DNA of 64,000 nt, from contig NC_057719.1 in NCBI RefSeq assembly GCF_004010195.1, forward strand, positions 89,341,403 to 89,405,402, in the 5' to 3' direction. The notes under the pieces were generated by a model that saw only the letters and a program-made list of their open reading frames with translations, was not told the DNA's origin and ran no database searches. Origin of the DNA: Chiloscyllium plagiosum (lineage: Eukaryota). The first letter of the stretch is position 1; every line of letters begins with the position of its first letter. The translations under genes were made by a program, and so were the position numbers. Positions 11,032 to 23,696 of this stretch are shown here, piece by piece.

Positions 11032-12344
11032 CTTCAGGGTGTAATCAGATTAAAATGAGACATCAAGGGCTGCTCAAAAACACCAACAGCTTGCAGCTGA
11101 GTAGCTCCCAGCTGAAACAAATGTCACTTCACCGACATTCAGCGATATTAAGACTTGCCAGCACAGAATTACAATTCAACAGGCAACATTTTGTCCTTCT
11201 GTTATAATCAACAATGTGATCCAGAAGATTTTTAATTGAGGTTGACCCATTTTGCTCTCAAGATCCATCAAACTAATTGGAAAGCTCATATATATGCAAC
11301 ATATTTATTCTTTCAATAAATTTGTTGATCTCTAAAACAACCCGATTTTGAATTTCTTTCACAGGATGTAGTCTGATGGCCATTGGGATGAAGCAGCGTG
11401 GTCTGAAACCTTGTCATAGAGGCCACTGATCCAGTGAAAAAGTCATTTAAAATACAGGAAAAGTAACCTATTCAACAACAAAAACCACAACAGCACAAAT
11501 GGGATGTTGGAAACCAAAACACATTGAATGCTGCAGAATAATAAATTCAAATTTGTCCCTGCTCTGTCCCACTGGGATATCAAAGTAGAGTCACAGATGT
11601 ACACCATGGAAACAGACCCTTCGCTCCAATTCATTCATGCTGACCAGATATCCTAAATTAGTCAAGTCCTATTTGCCAGCACCTAGCCTACATCCCTTTC
11701 CACCCTTCCTATTACACATCAAAATGCCTTTTAAATGCTGTAATTGCCCCAACCTCCACCACTTCCTCATTCCATACACACACCCACCCTCTGCATGAAA
11801 AAATTGTCCATTAGGTCTCATATCTTTCCCCTCTCACCCTAAACCTATGCCCTCTAGTTTTGGATTCTTTTACCCTGGGGAAAATATCTTGTCTATTTAC
11901 TCTACCCATACCCCTGATGATTTTATAAACCTCCATAAGGTGACAACTCAGCCTGCAACACTCCAGGGGTAAATCAGCTCCAGCCTATTCAGCCTTGCAC
12001 TATAGCTCAAACCCCGCAGCCCTTGCAACATTCTTGAAAATCTTTTCTGAACCCTTTCAAGTTTCATAACATCATTCCTACAGTAGATAGACCAAAATTG
12101 CATTGAGCATTCCAAAGGTGGCCTACCCAATGTCCTGTATAGCCGCAGCACGACTGCCCAACTCCTATATTCAATGCAATGAACAAACGTTTTCTTCACT
12201 ATCCTACTGCAAACCCACTTTCAAGGAACTTTCAACCCGCACTCCAAGGTTTCTTTGTTTAGCAATACTCCCCAGGGCCTTACTAATAAGAGCACAAGTC
12301 CTGCCCTGATTTTCCTTGCCAAAATGCAGCACCTCATATTTAAT

Positions 12345-14188
12345 TTGATTAGATTGATTTATTGACATATGTACAAAAGTACAGTGAAAAGCTTTGTGTA
12401 CGAGACATACACACGATCATAGTTAAAAATCACAATACCAGGTTATAGTCCAACATGTTTAACTGAAAGCACTAGCTTTTGGAGCACTGCTCCTTCATCA
12501 GGTGGTTGTGGCTCCGAAAGCTAGTGCTTCCAATTAAACCTGTTGGACTATAACCTGGTGTTGTGTGATTTTTAACTTTGTACACCCAATCCCACACCAG
12601 CACCTCCAAATCATGACACAGATTATAGTAAGCAGGGATGCACAGATCGCGGAAGACTTAGACAAACATTACATTGCACAGGGCATGTGCTAGGTGAGAT
12701 CAACACAAGCAAGATCAGCATGATGGGAGGCTGGCTAGACCATTCATCAGTCTAATAACGGCAGGGAAAAAGCAGTTCCTGACCCTACTAGCGTGTCTTC
12801 AGGCTTCTGCATTTTCTGCCTAATGGAAGAGGTTTAGATCATTATCAGTTTGTGATGGGTCTTTGATGTTGGCAACCTTCCCAGGACAGCCAGCCATGCA
12901 AATGGAGTCCCTGAATGGAGGGCTGACTTCCATGATGTTCTGGGGCTATGCACCCCACGTTCTGCAGTTTTGTACAGGCCTGGACACAGCAGTTGCCATA
13001 CCAGACAATTAAGCATCCAGACAGCATGCTTTCAATAGTTCATCTGTTGAAGTCAGTGAGGGCTCTTGTTGACATGCCAAATTTGTTGAACCACCTGAGG
13101 AACAGACTGTGTTGTCGCGCCTTCTTGACTTTCACATCTATATCGGAAGTTCTGGATAGGTTATCAATTATCTTCACTGCAAGGTACCTGACGCTCTCCA
13201 TCCTCTCAACCATCGTTCTGTTGATGTGGATAGGGGCATGTTCTCCTCCTTTCTTATTGAAGTCAATGATCAGGTCTTTAGTTTAGCCAATATTGAGAGA
13301 GGTTGTTCTCATTGCACCATATCACCAAGCCCTCTATTTCTCTCCTCTATTTTGATGTGTCGATAGATATCTGTCCTACTATGGTGATGTCATCAAACTT
13401 GCAGATGGCAACACAGTCGTGGTACAGAGAGTGCAGGTTGAGGACACGCCCTTGCGCGGCTCCAGTGTGGAGTGTTATTGTAGAGGAGGTTCAGTTGCCT
13501 ATCCTCTCTGATTGCGGTCGATGGGTAAAAAGCTGAGGTTTTAGTTGCAGAGGGCGGAGCCAAGACCAAGGTCAAAGAGTTTTGAGCTCAGTCTGGAAGG
13601 AATAATGGTGTTGAAGGTGCAGCTGTAGTCAATGAGCAGGAGTCTGATGTCCTTGTTGCCCAGGATGTTCCAGGGAAAAGTGTACGGCTAGGATATGACA
13701 ACCAGTGTTATGTAGGTCGGAAAATTGTAGGGGATTGAGGCAGGCAGGGAGACTAGAGTTGATGTGGGCCACGTCGAACCTCTTGAAGCAGTACACAATT
13801 TTGAGGTCAGAGCTGTTGGACAGTAGTCATTAAAGCACACGGCATGTACTTTCTTCAGTATGAGGAGGATGGTGGTCTTCTTGAAGCAGCTGGGGACTTG
13901 GGATTGTAGGAGGGAAAGTTTGAAGACGTCGGTGAATACCTCCACCAGTTGGTCGACACAGGATCTGAGTGCTCAGCTGGGGACACCATCTGGGCCTGTC
14001 GGTTTCCTTGGGTTGACTCAGAGGAAGACCGATCTGACATCTGCAACAGTGACCAAGGGGAATGGTGTATCTGGGGCTGTCGGACAGGCATTACCACATC
14101 GCTGGCATTCTGGTCAAACCAAGCACAGACAGCATTGAGTGCGTCAGGCATTGATGTGTCTTTGTCCGTCATCTTGCTCTGCTTCATC
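12345..14188 (-). mobile_element. Rex1/Babar-type LINE, degenerate RT
   Basis: FTDVFKLSLLQSQVPSCFKKTTI...KK....FNDYCPTALTS, CLIVWYGNC and LPDALN-like motifs are characteristic of Rex1 ORFs. Confidence 0.75.
12422..12616. mobile_element. Penelope-type pLTR in inverted arrangement (family C) with a degenerate hammerhead motif
   Basis: Inverted arms aaaaatcacaataccaggttatagtccaaca / tgttggactataacctggtgttgtgtgattttt; minus strand CAC CTGATGA A GGAGC AGT GCTCC AAAA GCTA GTG. Confidence 0.65.
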
Positions 14189-14980
14189 CATCTAAAATAA
14201 AAACATTTGCCATTCCTTGGCCCATCTCAAATTCCCATTTTACTCTGACATTACATTCTTCGCTCTTTATGACATCAATTTTGGTTTCATCTGCAAACTT
14301 ACTAACCATACCTCTTAAGTTCACATCAAAATCATTTACATAAACAACACAAAGCAGTTCACCTGCACTCATCCTTGTGACACACTGCTTTAAAAAGCAA
14401 TCCTCCAGTTTAAAAAGCAATCCTCCACCACCACCCTGTCTCCTATCTTTGAGCTAATTCTGTAAGCAAATGGCTAGTTCTCCCTGTACTCCATGTGATC
14501 TAACCTTACTAAGCAGTTGACCAGTAGGAACCTTGTTGAACACCTTACTGAAGTCCATGTGGATTACATCCACCGCTTTCATCAACCTTCTTCATATTTC
14601 TTCAAAAACTTCAAGTTCGTGAGAGCATAGTCAGCCTCTCTTTAATTTTCCATACACAAAACCATGTGGACAACCAATCCTTGCATTTACAAATACATGC
14701 AACTCCTGTCCCTCATGGTGCCCTCCAAAGGCTTGCCCACCACTGATGCCAGGTGCACTGGCCCATAGTTCCCTGGCTTTTCTTTATCACCTTTGTTAAG
14801 CAATGGGCACCATGTTAGCCAAACTCTAACCTTCCCGCACCTCACCTGTAGCTATCAAAAACACAAATAAGGGTCCCAGAAATCTCTTCCCTAGCTTCCA
14901 ACAAATTTCTGGGGTATACTTGAATAGGTGCCAGGAACTTATCCACATTTAAGAAATCCAAGACCAACACCTCAAATATG

Positions 14981-15158
14981 GAGCTGAAAATGTGTTGCTG
15001 GAAAAGCGCAGCAAGTCAGGCAGCATCCAGGGAACAGGAGAATCGACGTTTCGGGCATAAGCCCTTCTTCAGGAATCCCTGGATGCTGCCTGACCTGCTG
15101 CGCTTTTCCAGCAACACATTTTCAGCTCTGATCTCCAGCATCTGCAGACCTCACTTTC
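14981..15158. mobile_element. Penelope pLTR inverted pair (family A)
   Basis: 53-bp inverted arms; same sequence as the pLTR at 6499-6630; flanking near-direct repeat cacctc(a/t)aatatgga. Confidence 0.8.
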
Positions 15159-15801
15159 ACCTCTAATATGGACACTTCTCAAGATATCGCTGTTTATTTC
15201 CCTAAGTCGTCGAACTTCGTGGCACCGGGAGTAATCCAAATATTACTACAAAGGACCTACATTTTAATTTCCTGCCTAACCTCCTATATTTTTGCCTCAG
15301 AACCTCCTCCTTTTCTCTGCCTATGTCACAAAACTAAATTTTCAAAACAAACGACCTCTTGGAAGTCATAAGTCTACACAGCTGAGTAATATTCTTCCTC
15401 CCTTGCGAACTCCACCCCAAGTAAAAAGTTAAAATTTCTTCAGTATTAATTCGTGGAGTAAGGGATTTGAGTTCCGACCTCAAAGCAGGTCCATTTTGCA
15501 ATGACCCATTTCTTTCATTTGGTAAGTAATGTTCAATTTACCTTCTCTCAAGCTTCCAAATTTCTTTCCCTCATAAGAGCTTATTTGCTTTTGCTGGCTA
15601 AAAGACACTGATTTATTATGGCTAACCAATAGCAGCAAAAAGTAGGACTCAATTTATTGAAAACAAGTTCTTATTCTTTCAATGACAATTAAACATTAAC
15701 TGACAACTGCAAGTCAGTGGTTACATTTTACTTGAAATGTAGATAGGATTTCGAATTTGCAACAATAAAACTGCTCAGATATTTATCTGAATGTAACATA
15801 C

Positions 15802-15962
15802 CCCATTGACTCCCTTTTTTTTGGCCTTCCACTCATCCAGTTGGGCTTTGGTCTTCGCATCCACCTTTACAAGTAGTTTCTTGTCTCCCACTTGAAGCTC
15901 ATGCAATAACCTTAAAGCACGTAGTGTGGATTCGGGTTCTTTGTATTCGCAAAAACCAAATG
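15802..15962 (-). CDS. RBM25: RBM25 coding exon (A-FGFCEYKEPESTLRALRLLHELQVGDKKLLVKVDAKTKAQLDEWKAKKKGVNG), RRM RNP1
   Basis: tttggtag| acceptor, |gtatgt donor, 161 nt; lies within ORF 15775..15969. Confidence 0.97.
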
Positions 15963-16088
15963 CTACCAAAGTAATGACATGTTTACAAAAATGACATATG
16001 ACAACATTGGATTTTAAAACGGTTAAAATTAATAAATTTTTGTGCTTGATTATTTGCCTGCTTTACGAGTCTATGAAGAACAGCCAGT

Positions 16089-16425
16089 AGTTAGCACTGC
16101 TGTCTTACAGCATCAGCGCTAGCTGGAATCTCCAAGTCAATTCCAGCATTGGGGGCTGTATGGAGTTTGCATGTTCTCCCTGTCTGAATGGGTTCTCACT
16201 GGGTGCTCCAGTTTCCTCCCACAGTACAAAGATGTGCAGGTTAAGTGGAGTGGCCATGTTAAAAATTGCCTGGTAGGCTCCAGGGACATGTAGGTTAGTC
16301 ATGGTTAAAACCCAGTTATGAGGATAGGATAGGGATGTGCGTGCATGCTCATGTTCTTCAGAGGGTTGCTGCAGACCTGGTGGGCCTATTGGCCTCTTTC
16401 TGCACTGTAGGGATTCTATGATTCT
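16089..16425 (+). mobile_element. Degenerate HE1-like SINE
   Basis: agttagcactgctgtcttacagc...tggagtttgcatgttctccc...tail ctgtagggattctatgattct. Confidence 0.7.
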
Positions 16426-17354
16426 GAGGATAAAAAAGTAAACTTGACATTTTTGCAAAGAACAATATTCCTAAAAGGCAAACGAAAAAATACACTTCAT
16501 GTTAACTATCCAACACGGCAAGACACACTGCTGTATCTGGATGCTAAACAGATAAACTTCATCTCTTAAGAAATATAAAGTACTGGTATGAACCTTCAAA
16601 ATACATAATATTAATCCCTTCTTTTTCAGCACCATTTAAGTGGTTCTTGTTTGACCTGATCTTTTTCCAATTAATCATTCTTTTAAAATCCTCTGGACTC
16701 ATTTTCATTTCTTCTAATATTGCCAGGATCTGAAGGAAGAGGGAGGGGAATAAATATTGCTTTGAGCTGCCAGTGTCAGCTGAGCCGAACACGAGAAACT
16801 CTTCTTTACACATCTCTGCCTATATCCTCAAGATGCTCAAGCCACTTTATAACAAACCTTTACTAATCCCTGCCGTCCCCAATCATCTACATAAATACCG
16901 CAGATGCAAGAATTACAGAAAAGAGCTAATGAGTCACTTCTATCATCCAAATGTAGAGAGAGTTAGTTAGGAAAAACAGGGGAGATCTTAAGTGAATAAC
17001 AGGTCCACAGTTCATATTAAGCATATCCAAAATGGATTTCATAAACAGAGTAAAATCAAGACTAGGCGGACAAATTAAGATGACATGGCTTGGGTATCCA
17101 ATGAGTACTAGGACAAGTTTTTATGACAGAACACTGCCAATGTCACAGAAAGGACAGGGTACTTTGAGAACATGCTAAGTCATAGAAACCAAAAGCAGGT
17201 GCTAGTTAAACAGCAAGTTGCAGTCAAAAGCAGCAAATCACCTGCGGTTACTGAGGCAAAAATGATTGCACAAATTCTGCCAGTAATCTTTCACTCCTGC
17301 TTTGACATGAATGCAGTACGAGAACATCAGAGCATTGCAAATGCTAAAATAAAA

Positions 17355-18500
17355 CAAAAAAATGAAGGTACTGGAGATCTGTAACAAATACAGAAACTGC
17401 TGCAAAAACTCAATCGGTCCAACAGCATTTGTGGAGAGAAAACAGAATTAGTGTTTTGAATCCAGTGAGCCTTTGTCAGAACTGGACATAGCTTAAAAAA
17501 AAAATGGAAATAAGAGGGTGGTTTCAGCAAGCAGATAGGTGAAGACCAGAACACAAGTGACAGAGAAAAGCCAAGAGTGAGAGAAGACAGGAGCAAACAA
17601 AAGGGACAGTAAGCCAGTGAAGAGATGCTAGATATGTTAAAACAGGGACTATAAGCAAGTGAAAATGACTTGCTGGTGCTGAAAACAATCCATTTCAGGA
17701 CAGTATCTGTGGTTGCCAGGATAGGTAACAAACATGGAGAACAGTGTCAACATTCTGAAACTATCAACTTGATGTATAAAGCCGATGGTTGAATGGAAAG
17801 ATGAGGTGACATACCTGTAGCTTACATTCAACCTCACTGGGTATAGGCCAGATCTCAGAAATCTCAGCACATCGTGGTGTATTGAAATGGCAAGCAATAC
17901 GAAGCTCAGTGTCATTTTTTACAGGAAGAACGTGAATGTTTTGCTAAGTGATCTGTTTGTCTCCTCAAAATAAGAGTATAGGAGAGGAATAGGAAATGGC
18001 ATTCCAGTAGCAAAACAGTAGATAAGGTTGAACAAAGTGCAGGTGAATCACTGCTACACCTGGAAGGTGTGACAGTGGCCTTGGATAGTAATGATGGTGC
18101 TGGTAAACCAGCAAGTATTGTACCTGCTGTAGTTGTGGGGAGGTATGTGAGTGGAGGAGGAGTGAAACAGGATGTCCTGGAAGGAACTGTCCCTGCAGAA
18201 TGCTGACAAGGGAGGGGAAAGTGTGCATCATGGTGGCATTGCTGGAGTGGAGTGACAGAGAACAAGGGGGATTGTATGTGTGCATGGGACAAAGAGAGGT
18301 GGGGGGAGGTGTGGAACGAGGGAACAAGTGTAGGAAATAAGTCAGACACAGTATTGGGCTTTTCATCCATAATGGTAAGGAATCCTTGGTTCAGGGAAAA
18401 GATGGACCCTGAAGATCCCCAGGATAATGTGAAACCATCAGAACAGATGTGACGGAGACAGAAAAACTGGTGAATGGAATGGAGGAAGGACAGTGTGAAA
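17355..18500 (-). mobile_element. Old degenerate Penelope-like remnant
   Basis: pLTR-like end at 17360-17480; caggtgtagcagtgattcacctgcac resembles the FTC motif region of the 6499-7220 element. Confidence 0.45.
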
Positions 18501-18565
18501 AATATTTAAATCAAGGTAACTATGGGTATGGTGGAATGTTGTACAGGGCCTGTTTTAAAAATAGA

Positions 18566-18772
18566 GAGCTGAAAATGTGTTGCTGGAGAAGCGCAGCAGG
18601 TCAGGCAGCATCCAGGGAACAGGAGAATCGACATTTCGGGCATAAGCCCTTCTTCAGGCTTATGCCCGAAACGTCGATTCGCCTGTTCCCTGGATGCTGC
18701 CTGACCTGCTGCGCTTCTCCAGCAACACATTTTCAGCTCTGATCTCCAGCATCTGCAGACCTCACTTTCTCC
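18566..18772. mobile_element. Penelope pLTR inverted pair (family A)
   Basis: ~83-bp near-perfect inverted arms; flanking direct repeat ttaaaaat(a/g)gagag. Confidence 0.85.
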
Positions 18773-19754
18773 TTAAAAATGGAGAGAGCAATAAAGTTGG
18801 TAACAATGCTGGGCAAAGTTACAGTATTAAATCTGGGCCAAAATTATTTACATTTGGACAAGTATTGTGTTTGAGTGACTCAATCAAGTTCTTTGATCAA
18901 GCAAGAAAGGCTTGTTGAGGGTAGAGAAGTTGAGTTTCTGTCTTACAAAAGGTATTTGACAAAGTAGTTAACAGTAAGTTTGTTAGACAAGTTAAAACCA
19001 ATGAGATTTAAGGAATAGTATCAGGAAAACTACCAATATCAAAGCAAAATTCTGCATTTCTTCAAGATATGAAATAAAAAAACAAGGTGCTGGCAAAACA
19101 CATCAGGTTTAGAAGCACCTGTGGAGAAAAACACAGTTAACATTTCAATTCTGATATAGCTTTTCCTATAACTGTAGAAGGGTGGAAAAGTAATAGGTTT
19201 CTGTTGTTCGAAAAAGGAGAAGGTGAGTGAAACAGAAGGGAAGGTTTAGGAAAAATGAGTAGAGGAAGATAAAGATCAAAGGTACCATCCAACAAAATGC
19301 AAAGTAACTATTAATGGTTGTAATGAAAAAGCAAAGCCTTGTCTGAACTAAAACATTAGCAGTAGAATAAAGGTTAGCTATCACTGAAAGCAAAAATACT
19401 GAAAGGGATATTGGTGTAAAACATATAAAAATTAAGGTAAGAACACATGGTTTGAAGTAATTGATCTCAAAGTTGGGTCTGAGAGACTAAGTATTTAATA
19501 AAAAAAAATGGTATTATTCCAGCTTGTGTGAACTTATTAGAACATCACAGCAGGTCTGGGACCAAAACATAAGCATGTGAGCACAATGGTGCATTGAAAA
19601 ATGCAAGAAAGCAAAAGAACAGGAGATGTGTTCCACAAAGCAGTCACCAAGACTACTTTTGGTCTCCATAATGTACTTGAACACTTGAAATATTGTAACA
19701 TTCAAGGCTGTGGGCCTTGTGCTGGGAAGTGCAGATTTGGCGGTGCAGACTTTA

Positions 19755-22100
19755 ACATAAAATAATACAGTACAAGAGCAGGCCCTTTGGCTCACAATGT
19801 TGTGCTGAACATGATGCCAAATTGATGAACATGATCCCTTCCGCCTGCCCTTGGTCCATATCCCTTCATATTCACATGCTTACCTAAAAGACCCTTAAAT
19901 GCCACTATTGTATCAGCCTCCATCACCATCCCTGGCAATGCATTGCAGTCTCCTTTGACTAAAAAAAAAACTTGTCCCTCCCCTTCTTTGAACTTATCCC
20001 CTCACATTCAATGCATGGCCCCTAGCATTATTTCAACTCAAATTTTACAGACTTCTATCAAGACCCCAGACCATCCATCCTTCCACCTCCACCCCATCCC
20101 AGGGGAAACAACCTGAGTCTTTCTACCTTCTCCTTATAGCTCATACCCTCTCATACAGCAGCAGCCTGGTAAACCTCTGCACCCTCTCCAAATCCTCCAC
20201 ATTCTTCCAAAAATGTGATGACCAGAATTGAATGCAATGCTCTTCAGTACAAACTAGCTGAAGTCTTATAAAGCTGCAACATTACAACCTGACTCTTGTA
20301 CCTCGGTGCTCGGACTAATAAAGGCCATATGCCTTCTTTACCACCCCATCTACTTGTGGGGTCACTTTCAGGAAGCTATAGACTTGAACCCCAAGATCCC
20401 TCTAAGTCAATGCTGTTCAGGGTCCTGCCAAAACTGTATTCATTTCCTTAAAATTTAAATCTCCCGAAGTGCAGCAATTCACATTTACCTGGATGAAACT
20501 CCATCTGCCAATTCTCTGCCCATGTCTGCAACTGATCTATATACCACTGTGTCCTTTGACAACCTTCGGCACTATCCATAACTCCACCAGTCTTTGTATC
20601 ACCTCCAAACTTACTAACCCACCAATCTATGTTTTCATCCAAGTCATTTTTATATATATATCACAAATATCACAGTTCCCAGTAAGGATCCCTGCAGGAC
20701 ACTACTTGTCATGGACGTTCTGCCTGAAAAACACTACCCTCTATCTTTTACAAGCAAGCTAATTCTGAATCTAAGCGGCCAAGTCACTGCAGATCCCAAG
20801 CATCTTAATCTTCTGAAATGAGCCTACCATGAAGGACACTTGTCGAAAGCCTTATTCAAAATCCACAGTGACAACATCCACTGCTCTATCCTCATCGATC
20901 ACCTTTGTCACCCGCCCAGCACAAAGCAAAGCTGACTGTCCTTAATTAGGCCATGCCTTTTCAAATGTGTGCAAATCCTATTCCGAAGAATTCTCTCCAA
21001 TAGCTTCCTAACCACTGATTTGAGTGAGTGGTCCAAGGTTTTCTGGATTATTCCTATTTCTCTTCTTGAACAGGGGAGCAACATTAGCTATTCGGCAGTC
21101 CTTTAGGACTTCTCCAGTGGCTAGCAAGGATACAAAGATCTTGGTCAAGTAGTCAGCAATCTGCTCTTGTCTCTCTCAAATAACTTGAGGTAAATACCAT
21201 CTGGCCCTGGGGACATATCCATCTGTTGTTCAAGACATCCAACACCACTCCTTTCTTGATTGCAATATGCCCTGGCATTTTCGCATGCACCACATTAATC
21301 TCCATATCCTCTACATCTTTCTCCTGGGTGAATACTGATGCAAATTACTCATTTAGGATATTGCCCACATCCTCTGCAGCCATGCACAAGATCCCTGCTT
21401 TGTCCCAGAGTGGTCCTGGCTTCTTCCTATTTATCCTCTTGTTTTTAATTTGGATTGCCTTTAACCAAACTAGCCTCGGTCATTTCATGGCCTCCTCTTT
21501 GCTGTCTTAATTAGCTACAAAAGTTCTTTCCCACTTTCTTTACACTGCCCACAGGTCGAGTCCAATTTTAGCTTCCTAAACCTTACACATGCTTCTTTCT
21601 TTTCTTCTGACAAAGACATCAATTTTGGTGTCATCTCCAAACTTAATAGCCATGCCCCTCATATTCACATCCAAATCATTTTTGTAAATGGTGAAAAGCA
21701 GTGGACCCAGCACCAATCCTTGTGGCACTGCTGGTCCCAAGCCTCCAGACAGAAAAGCAACCATTCTCTTCCAACTTGCTATCCTCGAGCCAAGACATCC
21801 AAGACAACACTGAGCAGCCAGTCTTGTCCCTCTCTCAACCAAGTTTCTGACATGGTCACATTATAGGCCCAAGTACTGATCCAGGTTCTAAGCTCATTTG
21901 CCTCACCCATAATACTCCTTGAAACAAATCACTTCAGTCCATCAGTCCCATCATGATCATTTATCTGTTTCTGCCTGTCCTTTCTTTCAGGGTTTCTGGC
22001 CCTAACATCCACCTCCCCCTCAATTTCTTCAAGTGCTGACCTGCTGCTCTAGTTCCCAGCCTCCCGCCACTCTAGTTTAAACCTTTCCAAGTAACACTGT
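19755..22100 (-). mobile_element. Degenerate CR1 LINE
   Basis: VSKFGGDTKTGG..WAENWQMEFHPGKCELLHFG; NEYFASVFT-like sequence near 21330. Confidence 0.8.
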
Positions 22101-22538
22101 CAAGATAGGAAGAAATGAATTCAGTGGAACATGAAAAATCTGAAACAATGGGTCTACCAAGGCAGCCCTGCTTTTCAATTTAAATGAGGAGGAGGCAGAA
22201 GTGAGTTGTTTGGGATTAGGGAACAGTAAGGTGGAGATCGGTGAATGGAAGATCTTCAGAGGAGATACAGTCAGTGACAGTCACAAAAACGATGCTTAAC
22301 ATGGAGGCTGTTGTCTAGGGATGATAGGAATTATGTCTCAGAATAATGCCAACACGTTAAGTGACATCAGCATATCTAGTCAATAAGTTTGACGAGAAAG
22401 TCAGATTAGACCAGAGAGAAAAGTGGACTCAAGTCAGAGTGAGGGAGGGGAACACAAAGCTGATGTCACATTGACAGTTCCCACTGGACAGGTCAAGATT
22501 AGGTCAAGGACCACAGAGAGAGGTTTAGATGGAGGGTG

Positions 22539-22637
22539 TTGAAACTTTATTGCTGGAACAGCACAGCAGGTCAGGCAGCATCCAGGGAACAGGAGATTCG
22601 ACGTTTCGGGCACAGGCCCTTCTTCAGGAATGGCCTC
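22539..22637 (-). mobile_element. Solo Penelope pLTR fragment with an intact minimal hammerhead
   Basis: 12-bp direct repeat agatggagggtg at 22527-22538 and 22638-22649; family A sequence. Confidence 0.8.
22596..22631 (-). ncRNA. Minimal hammerhead ribozyme motif
   Basis: AUUC CUGAAGA A GGGC CUGU GCCC GAAA CG UC GAAU: intact core, 4-bp stem II, 4-bp stem I. Confidence 0.7.
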
Positions 22638-23227
22638 AGATGGAGGGTGAGAAGTAGGGTGAAAGGGCCTGGTGAACAGGATCAGGATTTCTTCCCAAGG
22701 AAACGGGCATGAAGGCAAATGTGACAGTAAGTTTAGATCACATGGGATCCGGGAGATCTAGCCAGTTGGGATACAAAATTGGCTCGAGGGTAGCAAGTTG
22801 GAAGAGAATGGTTGCTTTTCTGTCTGGAGGCTTGGGACCAGCAGTGTGCCACAAGGATTGGTGCTGGGTCCACTGCTTTTCACCATTTACAAAAATGATT
22901 TGGATGTGAATATGAGGGGCATGGCTATTAAGTTTGGAGGTGACACCAAAATTGGTGGTGTAGTGGACAGGTAAGGACCTCAGTCCAAAAGGATCAGATG
23001 AGCCAGCGAACTGAGGAGTGGCAGTTACTTTCATTGGGATAAATGGGAGGTGTTGCATTTTGGGAATGCTACCTGACGCAGGACCAACAGTTAACATTAG
23101 GGCACTGCAGTGCGCTGCAGAACAGAGACCTAGGGGTTAAGATACATAGTGCCTTGAAATTAGAGTTGCACGTCAACAGGGTAGCGAAGGCAGCGTGTGG
23201 CATGCTTGCCTTTATTAGTGAGAATTA

Positions 23228-23356
23228 GGTAAAAACAATGACTGCAGATGCTGGAAACCAGATTCTGGATTAGTGGTGCTGGAAGAGCACAGCAGTTCAG
23301 GCAGCATCCGAGGAGCAGTAAAATCAACGTTTCGGGCAAAAGCCCTTCATCAGGAA
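23228..23356 (-). mobile_element. Penelope pLTR (family A variant) with hammerhead motif
   Basis: Minus strand TTC CTGATGA A GGGC TTTT GCCC GAAA CGTT GA, followed by a gctgcctgaactgctgtgctcttccagca...ccagcatctgcagtc tail. Confidence 0.8.
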
Positions 23357-23376
23357 GAAGACTTGCAGAACTTGGT

Positions 23377-23696
23377 GGGCGGCACGGTGGCACAGTGGTT
23401 AGCACTGCTGCCTCACAGCGCCTGAGACCCGGGTTCAATTCCCGCCTCAGGCGACTGACTGTGTGGAGTTTGCACGTTCTCCCCGTGTCTGCGTGGGTTT
23501 CCTCCGGGTGCTCCGGTTTCCTCCCACAGTCCAAAAGATGTGCAGGGTCAGGTGAATTGGCGATGCTAAATTGCCAGTAGTGTTAGGTAAGAGGTAAATG
23601 TAGGGGTATGGGTGGGTTTCGCTTCGGCGGGTCGGTGTGGACTTGTTGGGCCGAAGGGCCTGTTTCCATACTGTAATGTAATCTAATCTAATCTAA
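23377..23696 (+). mobile_element. HE1-type SINE, full length and young
   Basis: A box TGGCACAGTGG, B box GGTTCAATTCC, V-domain-like core, 3' tail gaagggcctgtttccatactgta and (aatct)n. Confidence 0.9.

Larger units (their letters stand above)
11585..15200 (-). mobile_element. CR1 LINE 3' half, split by a Rex1-type LINE and two Penelope pLTRs
   Basis: 3'UTR gggtctgtttccatggtgtacatct at ~11600; LERVQKRFSRML near 12050; MVSKFADETKI near 14300. Confidence 0.8.

Noticed and set aside
14981..18772. Palindromic repeats as miRNA precursors, MITEs or a CRISPR-like array
   Set aside because: They match the pLTR of the GIY-YIG-bearing element, have asymmetric tails and long variable TSDs, and are dispersed without spacer periodicity.
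23377..23450. tRNA genes at A/B-box sequences (also 46971 and 55731)
   Set aside because: They are SINE heads continuing into the SINE core and tail; no cloverleaf is evident.
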